64,000 nucleotides of DNA from Yuukianura sp. NJ FZ-2021 (GCA_046563655.1 JAJCTO010000010.1:868001-932000); one strand, 5' to 3'. Numbered from the stretch's first letter, positions 50,148 through 62,596 are shown. The notes: generated by a model from the letters alone, not told the origin. Made by a program: numbers and translations.

Positions 50148-50920
50148 AGAAATGACTTCGTCACGAGGGAGGATAGACCTCGTGACTATGTAGTACTGTT
50201 TAAGGACAATAGCTTTAGGTCTGAGTCCTCGTAAGGACTTGATGCTTCCCGCCTTTAGGGACAAGTCGGGGTCAAGAGGTAGACCCTTAGCAACTGGTGT
50301 ATGTTTGACCGGGGTCATGGTATTTGGCGAGAATGCCCCATGACTGCTCTTAGTCGAAGGATAATCCGAACACTTGCGGACGCTGGAGTCGCGACCAGCA
50401 GAAACTTGTTATTAGGTAGGACATAAGCTAGAATCTAGACAACAGGATACCGCGCTAGGTCCGGAGGTGGCGAAGGTTCCGCCTGAGACCGATGGGCTTA
50501 GCATAGTTAAAATCAGGGAAAAGGTCAAGTCTCTGCAGCTGTTCCTTAGAGCACTAGTGATGCGAAGGGGCGGGGTACCACAGCCCCTCTGAAGAATGGC
50601 TTTAGAATTTTTATAGAGTTGTCATTAACTCAAGGTTAGATCCCAGTCCATGGAGCATCATGCCCGGACCTAGCCAGTCCGATAGGCCATCTATCACACT
50701 GATGACGTCACATAAGTTGACAAATACACCCCATGCTCAAGGAAGGGAGCATTATTGGAAGTACCTCTGATAATTTGGACTGGGAGGGGACTGAACCTAC
50801 TGCAGGAGATCTTGCCAGGGTGTTAGGATCTAGCATTGAGTAGACCCTACCTTCATGAAATGAAGGAGGAGTATTAACTCCATACGCAACCTTCCAGGAA
50901 GAGGAAAACAGCAGAGAAGG
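50148..50920 (+). other. Conserved structured RNA upstream of MMP, element 2
   Basis: Homolog of 37557-38311 with compensatory base changes. Confidence 0.75.
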
Positions 50921-52300
50921 ATGTCTCTCTACGTTTTGCTGTTAATTACATTGACGCTGATGGCTGAAGGATCCGTGCTCACGAGAGAGGAGGATGGAGC
51001 CATCCGATGCTGGGAGGAAGACCCACTGGATAGTCTTAGGACAAAGCGTCATGTGTTCAATCCGAGGATGTGGAAAACGTTCCAACTAGGATGGACTTTA
51101 GAGGACGTACCCTCAGAGATCCGAAAAGCCGACGCCCTTACTGATATTAAGCTAGCGTTCCAGAGATGGAATGAGATTTCAAATTTCACATTTATGAATA
51201 AGCCAGGTGACTCAACTGCAGAGATCCAAATTAAGTTCGCCAAGTTTGATCATAACGATTCAAAACCATTTGACGCTGAGGGTGGTATCCTAGGCCATGC
51301 CTTCTATCCCAGTGAGGGGATAGGAGGAGATGTGCATTTAGACGCATCTGAAAAATGGGTTACAGGTCACAATGCCTCTGGCATTAACTTGTATACCGTA
51401 ATGTTACACGAAGTAGGTCATGCCCTGGGGCTTGTCCACACTTCGGTGAATAGTTCGATCATGTTCCCATGGTACAAGATGAGGGACCCCCAACTAAACT
51501 TGAGCATAGTGGACAAACAAGCTCTTGAGCGACTCTATGAGCAGGCTCACTTGATCCTGCAAATCGATGCTGAAAAGAAGGAAGTCCAACAGCAGCTGTA
51601 CCGAGCCGTGTGTTCAAAACTCATAGAGCACGTCTATCATCTAAACAGCGTTTACTTCTTGTTCCAAGGGTTTGGACACTACCAAGTAGAAAGAACTGGG
51701 AAACTTAGTTATCCTAGATTTGTGATCAATCATCAATATTTTCAATATTTTCCTGAAAATATACGAATCGAGAGGATCTTCCCATTCGATGGACATCTCT
51801 ACATTTTCGCCAACGGAAAGTACTGGAAATACTTTACCAACACCATCTTAGACAAAGGGTACCCAGCTGACACAAGGGAACTAGGAATTTCCACTCCAAT
51901 TACTGGAGTCATAACGCAGAGACGTACGTTGTACTTACAAGTAAATGGCACATGGCTAGGTTACTACCACTCTCAGGGGAAACTGTTTCCTCAAGATAAA
52001 GTTCATATCCCTGTACAGTTGAGTGAGGTGCATGCACCTGTTGTAAGCATAAATGAGCATCACCTGGGCTTTTATTCTTTAGAACACAGCCTTATCATGG
52101 AGTACGATTGGAATTTCCGACTCCACAGATACTATAAGCTAGCTAAGTTTCTCGGAATTGACTGTGAACCTAGTACAGGCGATCTGACTGCTGAGGTAGC
52201 AGAGATCGGAGCACTCACATGGGCATTTTTCGGTGTCATGATAATTTTCTCACTGATTGCAGTGACAATTATCTTTAATTCTATCCATTGTGATGAATAA
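50921..52300 (+). CDS. Membrane-anchored matrix metalloproteinase, 459 aa
   Basis: Same motifs as the 38312 ORF: IRCWEEDP, RTKR, HEVGHALGLVH, SIMFP, hemopexin-like region, C-terminal hydrophobic segment; frame intact. Confidence 0.95.
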   Translation: MSLYVLLLITLTLMAEGSVLTREEDGAIRCWEEDPLDSLRTKRHVFNPRMWKTFQLGWTLEDVPSEIRKADALTDIKLAFQRWNEISNFTFMNKPGDSTAEIQIKFAKFDHNDSKPFDAEGGILGHAFYPSEGIGGDVHLDASEKWVTGHNASGINLYTVMLHEVGHALGLVHTSVNSSIMFPWYKMRDPQLNLSIVDKQALERLYEQAHLILQIDAEKKEVQQQLYRAVCSKLIEHVYHLNSVYFLFQGFGHYQVERTGKLSYPRFVINHQYFQYFPENIRIERIFPFDGHLYIFANGKYWKYFTNTILDKGYPADTRELGISTPITGVITQRRTLYLQVNGTWLGYYHSQGKLFPQDKVHIPVQLSEVHAPVVSINEHHLGFYSLEHSLIMEYDWNFRLHRYYKLAKFLGIDCEPSTGDLTAEVAEIGALTWAFFGVMIIFSLIAVTIIFNSIHCDE

Positions 52301-52391
52301 AATCAAAGGTTTTATTTTCTGGGTTTGGATCTATGTTTAAAGTTGTATGTGTATGATTTGCTTAAGGTATTTCGCCCGTTTCAAAAAGGGC

Positions 52392-53894
52392 ATGAGTACT
52401 GGTGATTCCGGATCGGGGAAAAAGAGAGATCGAGGAACACCGGAATTTTCATTCACTGCATTGGATTCGGTGTTAAAGGACAATCGGTCCAAATCGAAGT
52501 CACCTAAGAATCGAGAGGAAGAAATTGCTTCAGGCACGCAAGCAGGGTCCAGCACCACTCCAACGAATCCAGAGATCAGGGCTATACCAGAGGTAGTGGT
52601 TGACCAACCTCCATCCAACCCATCGATCTTAGTGAAGGACGAGCGTGTGGCAAGGAAAAGCCAGCACACAGCTAAGGCCGCGAAGGCTGACAGGTCAGAT
52701 CGTCCAATTCTTATTCCAACTTCTACTCAGGAAAGAGGTAGTCTCCGTAGGGACTTAAGTCTCGACTTATCCGGCACTATCCAAGGCGACATGAGCGATC
52801 CAGATAATACTGGTGCAGGGGCTCCGGGTGGGAGTACCCCTGGTCCTGTGGCATTAGTGGCGCCCGGTGGAACCGGGAACGTGTTTGTTTCAGTATGGAA
52901 CCCGCCTGGTGACCCCATCTTTGAAGGAAAACGGGGATCCCAAGCCACGAATTTCATGCAAACTTTCAAAGCGGTTGCTGCTACGCAACACTGGGATGAC
53001 CCTGCGAAGGTCACCCATTTTCCTCTCTATCTCACTAAGTACGCTAAGACTTGGTGGCTGAACTACTGTACGGACTGGAAAAGGGATCCAGCCAACATTG
53101 ATGACGATGGCGAAGTGTTGCCATTGTCGTGGCCTAAAATTGAGGCAGCTTTTAAGTTGGACTTCAAGTCCAGGCTTACTGAAGACGCCCTTGAGCATAA
53201 ACTTGCTCAAATGCGGCGTGGAAAGAACGTCCGCATAGAGGAGTATTGTAGTAACATAGAGACATCAGACAAAAGCCAGGGAACCGTCATGAAGGATGAA
53301 AAACGAGTAAAATATTTACTGAAGGGTCTTGGTCAGGAGGAAAGTCATGAGGTCTTTCTCCGACAGCCCAAGACTCCTAAAGATGTTATTGATTTCTTGA
53401 TCCAAAAAGAGGACTACGAATTTATGATGGACAGAAAGAAAGATTCTAGTAGCCAGAAAAGGATGGTGGCTAGGTTCAATGCTATGGGGTTTGAGGAAGG
53501 TCAAGAAGATTCCAACACCAGCGGAAAGGACTCACGTCCTAGAGGAGGCTACCGCGGTAGCTGGAACAAGGGTAATAACCGTGGATACGGCAAGGCAGGA
53601 CATGGATACTCCCGTGGTGGAGGTGGGTACAAAAGGGACAATCCCAACAGTAGCCAGGGTGATTCTCGTAATGCACAGAGTTCATCCCGAGGACGTTGGA
53701 ACAGCCGCGGTGGTCGTGGATCGGGGCGATCCCGTGGGACCAGCAGTAAAACTCATCTTGCTGACGGTACCCCCATAGAATGCTGGACATGTGGAGAGAA
53801 TCACCGCCGAGTTGACTGTCCAAAACACAACAAACGACCATCGACAAACGCTACTCCGCCGACTGCTCCGGAAAACTCCACTGCACGTCAGTAG
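52392..53894 (+). CDS. gag: Gag of element 2 (start MSTG chosen by homology to element 1)
   Basis: Open frame; RGG-rich region; CWTCGENHRRVDC knuckle. In-frame lesion near 53258-53268 (MRLCDQL replaced by ETS). Confidence 0.92.
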   Translation: MSTGDSGSGKKRDRGTPEFSFTALDSVLKDNRSKSKSPKNREEEIASGTQAGSSTTPTNPEIRAIPEVVVDQPPSNPSILVKDERVARKSQHTAKAAKADRSDRPILIPTSTQERGSLRRDLSLDLSGTIQGDMSDPDNTGAGAPGGSTPGPVALVAPGGTGNVFVSVWNPPGDPIFEGKRGSQATNFMQTFKAVAATQHWDDPAKVTHFPLYLTKYAKTWWLNYCTDWKRDPANIDDDGEVLPLSWPKIEAAFKLDFKSRLTEDALEHKLAQMRRGKNVRIEEYCSNIETSDKSQGTVMKDEKRVKYLLKGLGQEESHEVFLRQPKTPKDVIDFLIQKEDYEFMMDRKKDSSSQKRMVARFNAMGFEEGQEDSNTSGKDSRPRGGYRGSWNKGNNRGYGKAGHGYSRGGGGYKRDNPNSSQGDSRNAQSSSRGRWNSRGGRGSGRSRGTSSKTHLADGTPIECWTCGENHRRVDCPKHNKRPSTNATPPTAPENSTARQ

Positions 53895-53926
53895 GGGGAG
53901 CTGGCGTCATTCATTCGTGTCCCCCT
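53870..53926 (+). promoter_or_regulatory. Gag-pol -1 frameshift element, element 2
   Basis: G_GAA_AAC; stem acgtcag/ctggcgt (G:U-tolerant change); aggggga/tccccct; pol in the -1 frame and open from the heptamer. Confidence 0.8.
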
Positions 53927-53971
53927 TCATCTCTCCACAACGAAACGTTAAATGAACCAATTTTAAATTCC

Positions 53972-56900
53972 ATGCAACTCGATGTAAATGATTCCAAACT
54001 TAGAGGAAATTTCATTACCCCAATTTTTATTAACGAATCTGGCACACTTTTCCGAAAGACTTGTTTAATTGACAACGGAGCTTCTGTTAGCATCGTTACA
54101 AAACATAACGTAGAGACATTCGACAAATTAAGCCAACCTTTCAAAATAAAATTAGCCAATGACAGCCATGTCAACATTTTAGGCACTTCCAGAATTAGGG
54201 TTCAGTTCACCCGCACTAAGGATGAATTCTTTGATTGGGATTTCTTTGTCATAGATAAAAGTTTTGTGGATTTTATTATTGGATTGGATTTTCAAGCGGC
54301 CAATTTAATGCAGTATCGTCTGCTTAATCCCAATGGGTTAGCAGAATTTCAATTTCAGGGAATGTGTCACCCTAAGCGTCTTAACGTTTTCCCTACTACA
54401 GGAACTAAAACAATTCTGAATTCAGTCAGAGTGGAAGAAAGTAATCTGTCCAAAAAGAATCATCCGTCCACACCTAAAGTCTTGACAGTAGAAGAGGTAG
54501 TTCTTCCACCATTCACCACTACTCAGGTGAAAGTATCTCCTGTCAATATGATTAGTGGAACTTTAGCTTTTGAACCAAATGGAACTGGGTTAGACAAATT
54601 AGGCATTTGCATCCCTCATTTAGCTCATATTCCAGAAGGGGAATTCCTTATTCCAGTCGATAATCCAAGACCAGTTCCTGTGACACTTTACAGAGGTGTA
54701 AATGTCGGATGGATTAGCCGAGTTATAGTTAGGGATTCGCAACCGGAAGAAGAAATTCGAGCAGCTCGATTTAAATCAACTCGGGAGAATATAGACTCCA
54801 TCGATATCAATCCAGAATTAGATCCTGCGCAGAGACAACAATTAAGAGAACTCATCTTGGAGTACGGAGATGTCTTCGCTTTCAATTTGGATCAGCTAGG
54901 GAAAGCTAAGGATGTTAGTTTCCGGATTGACACTGGAGATGCACTTCCTGTAAGTTGCCCTCCATACAAGAAATCCCCAGTTGAAAAGAAAATTATAGAA
55001 AAGGAAGTTGAAACATTGTTAAACGCAGGCATTATTCGGGAGAGTCAATCACCTTGGTCCGCAGGAGTCTCTTTAGTGCGAAAACAAAATAGTGACAAAT
55101 TTAGAATGTGCGTTGATTGGAGACGACTCAATTTTCTAACAAAAACTGTTGTATGGCCAATGGCCATCATCAGTGAGCTCTTAGCATCTTTCAACGGAGC
55201 CAAATATTTTAGTGTAATGGATTTGATGTCTGGTTACTTCCAACTTCCGATCCATCCTGATGACGTGGAGAAAACCAGCTTTGTAACACACACAGGAGCG
55301 TATGAATATCTCTTTGTAGGTTTCGGTCTAACAAACGCTCCAGCAGCATTTTCTGCCTTTCTCAAAACCGTACTGGGCAATCTGCTGCATTCCATTGCTA
55401 CTGCATACCTAGACGATGTATGTTGTTACAGTAAGGACTTTCCGAGTCATTTGACCAATTTGAGAAAGGTTTTCGAACAATTTCGCACGTATAATTTGAC
55501 TCTCCAACCACCAAAATGTCATTTCGGACAGACTAAAATCGAACTCCTAGGTCACATCATTTCAGGTGAAGGGGTTTCAGTTAATCCAAATAAAGTTAGT
55601 GCCATTTCCAAGATGCCTCCTCCTACCAACATCGGTGAGGTTCGAACTTTCTTAGGAATGGCGGGTTACTATAGGAGATTCATTCTAAACTACAGTCTCA
55701 TAGCAGCTCCACTGACTTCTTTAACCAAGAAAAATGCAGCTTTCAAATGGGATTTAGAACAACAACAAGCATTTGACACGCTACGAGAAAAACTAATTTC
55801 CGCTCCAATCCTCACATTCTTCAACGAGAATGCAGACTTAGAACTCCACACTGACGCTTCAAACAAGGGTATAGGTGCCGTCCTGAATCAGCGGGACCCA
55901 GATGGCGTCCTACGAGTAGTAGCTTACGCCAGTCGAACGTATCGTGGCGCCGAGGAACGCTACAATACTAGCGAGCAGGAGGCTCTAGCCGTGGTTTGGG
56001 GACTGGACAAGTTTAGAGAATTCATAGGTTTCAAGGGCATTACCATCGTCGTAGACCATCATGCCCTATGCTACTTAAAAACATGTAAAAATCTTAGGAA
56101 CGGTCGTCTTGCCCGTTGGGCCTTGCGACTTCAGGATGTTGTTTATGACATTAAACACATCAATGGTAAGAGCCATGTCCAAGCAGACTGCTTAAGTAGA
56201 TTTCCTATATCTGAACCAGAAGGTGAAAAGAAATTCATCGATGACTTTCCAACTACATGGTATAGTATGCAGTTAATCACTCCTGTAGACTATACTGAGA
56301 ATCTGGCTCAGGAGCAACTCAAAGACAGGAAATTAGAAACTATTATTCAATCTCTCCAAGCAGGGAAAACTAAATACTGTAAATCTTTCGACTATTCCGA
56401 GGATCTTTTGAAATTCATTTGCAAACAAACGAAACAATATTTGCCTGTCATACCAGCTCACTTGGTAGACTGTGCCATTCCTCGTTTTCACGATGATACC
56501 TTGGCTGGACACCTTGGTGTCGCCAGGACTATAGCTAGAATTCGTCAAAGTATTTTCTTCTTCAAAATGGAGAAACGTGTAACGTCGTACATCAGACATT
56601 GTCAGATATGTCAACTAAGAAAGTCTAAAAATGTGAAGCCTTACGGCCTCTTGACGCCGATTGACATAAGCTCTCTTGCTCTGTTTGACAAGTGCAGTAT
56701 TGATGTCATAGGCCCTCTAAACAGAACCAAGCGAGGGAATCGCTATATTGTTGTCCTAGTCGAATTCGTATCAAGATACATTTTTGCTAAAGCAATACCC
56801 GAAAATAACACCAAAGAGATGATCTCATTTCTGACAGAGATAATTCAAACCCACGGAGTTTTCAAAACTCTTCTTTCTGACAATGCTAGTACTTTTCAAT

Positions 56901-57832
56901 CCTCATTCTTTAAAGAGTTCAACAAATTGATTGGTATTACCAATCTGTACTCTACTCCGTACCACAGCAGGACCAACGGTTTAGTCGAGCGTACCAACCG
57001 AAGCCTCGAGGAGGTACTTACTAATTATGTCTCCAGCACCCAGCGTGATTGGGACAAATATTTAGGGTCTGCTGTTTACAGCTTAAATACTGCCGTCCAT
57101 AAGGACAGTTCGGGACTTAGCAGTTACTACATTCTCCATGGACGGAATCCACTACACCCTATGGACGTCGCTTTGGACACCGTCAAAGACGCAGTTGAAA
57201 TTCCGACGCGTATCCAACGAATGGAAGCAGCACGGAAAGCTGCACAGGATGGTCTTCGGAAAGCTCAGGCAAGGCAGGCGAGGTTGTTCGACCCGGGTCG
57301 TCAACCCTTCGAGTTTAAGGTCGGTGACCTAGTACTACTTAAAGTACATAAGACAAAACCAGGGATAAGCCGCAAACTCGCCATGCGGTTTAAAGGCCCC
57401 TACATCGTGATTGGGAAGAAGTCTTCCCTTTCTTATTATTGTCGGTTGCGGGACGCAGATCCCGACTCTAAGCTCACTCGAGTCCACATTGAAAACATGA
57501 AAGCGTTTCATGAATCCGACATATCGTACGTAACGACAGCTGCTTCAGGAGTAGCAGCAGTTCAAGTTGGGGAAGGGCGTGATAAGCCCACACCCGAAAT
57601 TTTTTTCGACCTTCCGGTCGCAGATAAAGAGATTAGCGAACCCGTCGACGATGACGCTGAGGTCGACACTGACGACGACAGTGACGTAGGTCAAGTATCG
57701 ACAGATGAGGACATTTCCTCAGAAGAAGAAGAAATTAGTAAGGCCAATATGGCCGATGAAAAGGCAAAAGAACCCGAGATAGTAACTCGCTCAGGAAGAG
57801 TCGTCAGAAAACCTGCGAGGTTCTTGTCATAA
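53972..57832 (+). CDS. pol: Pol polyprotein (PR, RT, RNase H, IN), 1286 aa
   Basis: LIDNGAS, YLDD, HTDAS, HHCC/DDE integrase, GPY, terminal TRSGRVVRKPARFLS. Confidence 0.98.
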   Translation: MQLDVNDSKLRGNFITPIFINESGTLFRKTCLIDNGASVSIVTKHNVETFDKLSQPFKIKLANDSHVNILGTSRIRVQFTRTKDEFFDWDFFVIDKSFVDFIIGLDFQAANLMQYRLLNPNGLAEFQFQGMCHPKRLNVFPTTGTKTILNSVRVEESNLSKKNHPSTPKVLTVEEVVLPPFTTTQVKVSPVNMISGTLAFEPNGTGLDKLGICIPHLAHIPEGEFLIPVDNPRPVPVTLYRGVNVGWISRVIVRDSQPEEEIRAARFKSTRENIDSIDINPELDPAQRQQLRELILEYGDVFAFNLDQLGKAKDVSFRIDTGDALPVSCPPYKKSPVEKKIIEKEVETLLNAGIIRESQSPWSAGVSLVRKQNSDKFRMCVDWRRLNFLTKTVVWPMAIISELLASFNGAKYFSVMDLMSGYFQLPIHPDDVEKTSFVTHTGAYEYLFVGFGLTNAPAAFSAFLKTVLGNLLHSIATAYLDDVCCYSKDFPSHLTNLRKVFEQFRTYNLTLQPPKCHFGQTKIELLGHIISGEGVSVNPNKVSAISKMPPPTNIGEVRTFLGMAGYYRRFILNYSLIAAPLTSLTKKNAAFKWDLEQQQAFDTLREKLISAPILTFFNENADLELHTDASNKGIGAVLNQRDPDGVLRVVAYASRTYRGAEERYNTSEQEALAVVWGLDKFREFIGFKGITIVVDHHALCYLKTCKNLRNGRLARWALRLQDVVYDIKHINGKSHVQADCLSRFPISEPEGEKKFIDDFPTTWYSMQLITPVDYTENLAQEQLKDRKLETIIQSLQAGKTKYCKSFDYSEDLLKFICKQTKQYLPVIPAHLVDCAIPRFHDDTLAGHLGVARTIARIRQSIFFFKMEKRVTSYIRHCQICQLRKSKNVKPYGLLTPIDISSLALFDKCSIDVIGPLNRTKRGNRYIVVLVEFVSRYIFAKAIPENNTKEMISFLTEIIQTHGVFKTLLSDNASTFQSSFFKEFNKLIGITNLYSTPYHSRTNGLVERTNRSLEEVLTNYVSSTQRDWDKYLGSAVYSLNTAVHKDSSGLSSYYILHGRNPLHPMDVALDTVKDAVEIPTRIQRMEAARKAAQDGLRKAQARQARLFDPGRQPFEFKVGDLVLLKVHKTKPGISRKLAMRFKGPYIVIGKKSSLSYYCRLRDADPDSKLTRVHIENMKAFHESDISYVTTAASGVAAVQVGEGRDKPTPEIFFDLPVADKEISEPVDDDAEVDTDDDSDVGQVSTDEDISSEEEEISKANMADEKAKEPEIVTRSGRVVRKPARFLS

Positions 57833-57923
57833 AACGCACCACTAATCAACTACTCATATAGAATTATGGAGGCGGGAAATTAGGTAGTTAAGGTAGTTAA
57901 GTGGTAGGACAGCTTCAGAATAT

Positions 57924-57946
57924 TTAGGAACTTTTCATTCCCCTAG
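57924..57946 (+). promoter_or_regulatory. Putative env splice acceptor, element 2
   Basis: ttaggaacttttcattcccctag| lies 9 nt before the env ATG. Confidence 0.65.
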
Positions 57947-57955
57947 AAAAGAAAA

Positions 57956-60112
57956 ATGGCGGCAATCTACGCCTCAATAACTCTTCTTCTACTCACCCCT
58001 GTCGCTGCATACGAAATAATACCAAAACAAGTACGAGTGACCACTGGAGCCTTAATCCGAGAGGTCAAGAACGTAGAATTGTACTCATCAAGCGTCCCCT
58101 TGATCTATGATGTCATGGCAAACTTCTCGGAATTACCAAAGGGCATCCTAACCCCCAAACGTTGCCAATCAGGACAAAATTGCGTGTTTCCGCTCACGAT
58201 GCGCCCTTATGTGGAACATGTCACTGATGTGATGCAAAAGATAATCGAGGACTTAATGATGAGTCCATCCAAAACCACGACCCGGCAGAAACGTTTCAGC
58301 ATAGACGACTACAACCCGTTGACATGGATTGGTGACCTTTACTCCATATGCTGTGGTGTAGCTTCTAAACGAGATCTGAAAGAATATCAAGTCGATTCCC
58401 AGAAGGTACAACAATTCATGGAATCAATCAAGAGAGCTGTGGTCACTTCAGACCAAAACATAATCACAGTAAAAGATAGTTTCGAGTTGTTTCGAAGTAA
58501 CATCTCCAGGTTTATGACTCGCATTCACGACAACATCCATACGTTGTACGCTGAGCAGTTGAACGTCACTATTCTTGAAACGCAGCTGGAACACCGCGTC
58601 GAAGAAGCATTCGAAGAATTGGACTTCCAACGAAGAGGATTTGTCCAAATCTACAACCACATCAATGCCATCACCGAGATTATCCGATTCAAAGATCTCC
58701 AGGACCACTGTAGGTCCCAGACAATCCCTTTGTTAGCGATCCAACCCAAGAAGCTGCAAAGAGACTTGAGAAGTATCAGGAGGCTCATCAACAAGGATGG
58801 TTACGACCTTGTTGTTCCAGAGACCGAAATCTCTAAGTACTACAAACTGAAGATCGCAGATTGCGTCACAACTACCGAAGGAAGAATTATCTTCCAACTA
58901 CGCATCCCAATCAGAAAAACTGAAGATGATTGGCAACTTCATGAGATGGTCAATATTCCCTTCAGCTACCGGGGAAGCACATGTATCATCCAACACGCTC
59001 CAACTTACTTAGCTACAAGTAAGAATAATCTGGTAACAATTTAAGGAACCCAACTCCACCAATGTCAACCTGACACAGGACTGTGTAAAATTCCGAACTT
59101 CAACTCCGATCCGTTATCCGGGTACCTTTGCGCACAAAGGTTATTACGAGGAGCTAGCGTTCAAGAGCTCAACCAGGTCTGTTTGTTCGAGTGCCTCTCG
59201 GATCAAAACGAATTCGCGATAACCCAGTTGGACTATCATACATTCATTCTGACCGGTGCTCCCGAAGGGATGGCCGTACATTGTGGAACAGAAGATGCCG
59301 ACCGAATCTACCCACTGAGGGTCCCCGCTGACGGTATCGGAAGTATTGAAGTACAGTTGCCATGCGATTGTCAACTAGTCATCCCAGGAAGAATGCCAGT
59401 CCGACCACCTTATCCTTGTCCAACAGGACCTATTACCTACCCTAAGGTTAATATAGTCATACCAGCAATGATGTCAAAGGTCGACCTGTTACTAAAGGCA
59501 ACAGAATCTCGAGACTCAAAGGAATCCACCATTTTTCCTAGCATCGAATCCGTCTTCAACGAAACATGGGAGTTAGACTCTCCAAAGCTAAACCTCACGG
59601 AGGTCACGCAGCTAAAGACACTGATTGTTCCTCAATTAGTAGCCAAAATGGCCCCATCAAGCAACACTGCACTAATAATATGGAACGTTCTGATGAGCCT
59701 AGTGTTAGCTTTTCTCTTCTATCGTGAAATCAGCCGGCATGGAGGTTACATGCTAGGTTTTCCTATGTTAGGAGGACAGTTCGGCCAAGCCCAAGCAACT
59801 GCCGAAGTCCACGAACACCATGCCTGGAACTTAGGAATCACTCTACTATTAATTTTGGTCTTCGTGGTATTTTTCATGTTTGGATACGCATACGCGATCT
59901 ATATGCGACGCAAGAGCGGCAGAAATTGGCCAAGCGGTGAGATCAGGGCAGATGGAACTGACCTCGACCAATTTGAGAAAGGAGGACGAACCTCATTCCA
60001 TTCACCACTCAAAGTCCAGGTCGTCCAGACGATGGACACCATTCAGGAGGAAGAAGAAGAAAGAGTTACTTCCGACAGTGACAGCGCTGCGGAAGAACAG
60101 GAGGAATTGTAA
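57956..60112 (+). pseudogene. env: Env of element 2 with a single premature stop (CAA>TAA at 59042-59044)
   Basis: ORFs 57956-59044 and 59183-60112 are in the same frame and align to element 1 Env, which has Gln at this codon. Confidence 0.9.
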
Positions 60113-61291
60113 TTCACCTCACAAGAAAAGATAGTAATATTGATTAGCATTAGTTAAGCTGTTAAATTTAACAATACCTAATTACTAAATGTGACCTCTC
60201 ATCCTGGGTGAACCAGGACTCAGGCCGCATACGTCGCCGCGTAACAGACGGACTACTGGCTGCTTGACCTCTGTGCCCAGGTCCGAACCCCACCGAGGTG
60301 GCGCAGGTCCTGGGTGCCAGCTCTACGGATCATGGCCGCAGAATATGGCTCAATGCCATCACAAAGGAAACAGTAAACGAAGGGAACGTGTGGCTACTCT
60401 CCTTTATTGCTTGTAGAATCTCCCTACTCCAGTAACTGGACGTCACCGTGACAGGCGCTGGGAAGAGGAGCTATCTCGAGGACAACTCCTCCTCAACCGA
60501 GCGCTCTCTACTCACTGACTGACCATCGGGATATGACTGAGAACCTAGCCTCATCCCGAGTGCCGTCACACACCTCTGCTTGGAGACGAAGTGAGGAATC
60601 CCGCCCGGCGGGGTTACTCACATACTCCCCAGGTCACGGCGAAATTCCAGTCAAGGAATTTGAACAGAGTCTAGTCACAGAAGTCATAGCTCATTTTTCT
60701 AACATTTTGAAATTTTTATGGATTTCTGTAGTACATGCTAATAGCCTAAGAGTCATACAACACGCAAATAATATGTATGTCAAGAGTATGTTAGATACAG
60801 TATGTGTACCGTAATAGTAACTACCGTAGGGACTAACGTAGAGGACAAAGTACTGAAAAGGTGTAATTTCATCCATGCGACTTACAAATAATAGTGTATC
60901 ATAATGTACAGAGAATGTATCATTAAAATAAAGACAAAGATATATTAAACAGTGTAAAGGTTAAGTGAAAGTAAAGTACTTAGACAAAACAGAAAGACAA
61001 TATTGTGTACAGAAGGAAAACAAAATATTGTGAAACATGAAAACGGAAAGTTCAAAAATTTAAACTAAATCTACGATAAGGTAAATATCTTTTTGTGACA
61101 TTTTTGTGAAACTTTTTTGGTTTACTTTTTAGGGATTTTTCTGTTATCATTAGTGTACCCACAATAACCCCCCCTTTTTTTCCGAGTTGTGTTGGATTTT
61201 ACTATTTTTACTGAATTTTATAAAATATGTTGGTGTGTGTATGTGATAACGCGTGGTAAGGGAAGGGTAGAAAGGAAAATGGAATGGAGTA

Positions 61292-62338
61292 TTACGGGTC
61301 ACATCTATCAATTTGGACCCCAAGCAAAGTGGCTGTAGGGGATCGGGCCAGTAAGTTGAGGTCTGTAAGTTCCTCGAACTCAGTATTTAATGCCACATGA
61401 TCATTCTGATTGACCAGTTCCTCGTCAAATCTGTCGTTAGTGACGACCAACCTCAGGTAGCCCTGGCTAAGTCCACAAATGTATGGGCGGAAGACAGTTG
61501 TGATCGTTAAATCTAAATGTGGGCAACGAATCATATTTTTGGCGATAAGACAAGTCTGATTGTAATAATGATAATGGTCACACGGCGGGTCCGGTTGAAA
61601 AATTTTGTATCTGCGTCCCCAAACGACTACAGACGTCAGTAAGTTGCAAGACTCCATGGCGATGTCGCAAGGGGCAACAGGGGAACGTTCGTCAATCGAA
61701 ATTAAGTGTTTGTTGTTCACCTTCATAGGATGGATACGGAGATAGTAATTCGTGACTCTATCGTAAATCGTAATAGGCCAAGTGTACCAAGTTTTCGGTC
61801 TGCGAGTCGTACCAAAAAATGTAGCATTGAACTGTGTCAAAGGGATGTTATCTGGGTCCCGATACGAACTGGCAAGACGTTGGCATTCAGCAATGGTCAT
61901 TGGGATCCAGTGATGTTCCTGGTGGTGGTATTGCGGTCCAAAGAAGTAATACGTTTTGTACTCGTAGATTTCTTGTTTGAGATATTCAAACGCCGTATAT
62001 TCGCGTTCTAAGGGGAAGGATGTGTGGAGATTCATATAGATGATGGATTGAGGGCCACCGTCTGGACTACAGCCAACGTGACTTTCTTGCGTGTGCTTAT
62101 ACATCATGGCCAATGTCCAGTGGGTTAGTTGGTTGGTATTATTGATAGGATATTTGTCCAGGGAAAGTTGTTGGGATTTTTCAACCGAAGGCGGATCCTC
62201 AATCAAAAGTTGGTGGAGGTCCGCGTCGGTATTATTGAGTAGGGCTACCAATTGGTTGTCATTCACGGCGATGATCTTAGCGCGGCAAACGGTAACACAC
62301 AATAGGGTGATGCCAAGAAAGATGTTTGAGAAGGCCAT
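61292..62338 (-). CDS. Secreted Cys-rich glycoprotein, rhabdovirus-G/class III fusogen-like ectodomain, 348 aa, no TM anchor
   Basis: Signal peptide MAFSNIFLGITLLCVTVCRA; N-glycosylation sequons; YYFFG and WYTWP at fusion-loop-like spacing; C..C..VVW..C..CP..ICG pattern. Family call is by-eye inference. Confidence 0.65.
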   Translation of the reverse strand: MAFSNIFLGITLLCVTVCRAKIIAVNDNQLVALLNNTDADLHQLLIEDPPSVEKSQQLSLDKYPINNTNQLTHWTLAMMYKHTQESHVGCSPDGGPQSIIYMNLHTSFPLEREYTAFEYLKQEIYEYKTYYFFGPQYHHQEHHWIPMTIAECQRLASSYRDPDNIPLTQFNATFFGTTRRPKTWYTWPITIYDRVTNYYLRIHPMKVNNKHLISIDERSPVAPCDIAMESCNLLTSVVVWGRRYKIFQPDPPCDHYHYYNQTCLIAKNMIRCPHLDLTITTVFRPYICGLSQGYLRLVVTNDRFDEELVNQNDHVALNTEFEELTDLNLLARSPTATLLGVQIDRCDP

Positions 62339-62596
62339 TGTGTACTTAAAAGAAAATGATTCACATAATTAAGACTAAGTTATCACATACACTAAATTGT
62401 ATACTAAAGAATTTGAAAACCCGAGAAGGAAAATATGACCTATCAGCAATAGAAAAGGAAAAAAGGTAGAGACTTGCCAATTGTCAGAAGTGGTGCTATT
62501 GAAACCCAAATTTTGTTAAAAATATGGTTGAATAAACAGATTACATTGAACTAGAAAAGACTAAACAGTGTACGAAAGGTGTGTAAAGATAGTTGG

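Noticed and set aside
60190..60876. Coding gene in the GC-richer block after element 2 env
   Set aside because: The frames I read contain stops, and the 93-aa and 61-aa ORFs have no recognisable features; may be a decayed ORF.
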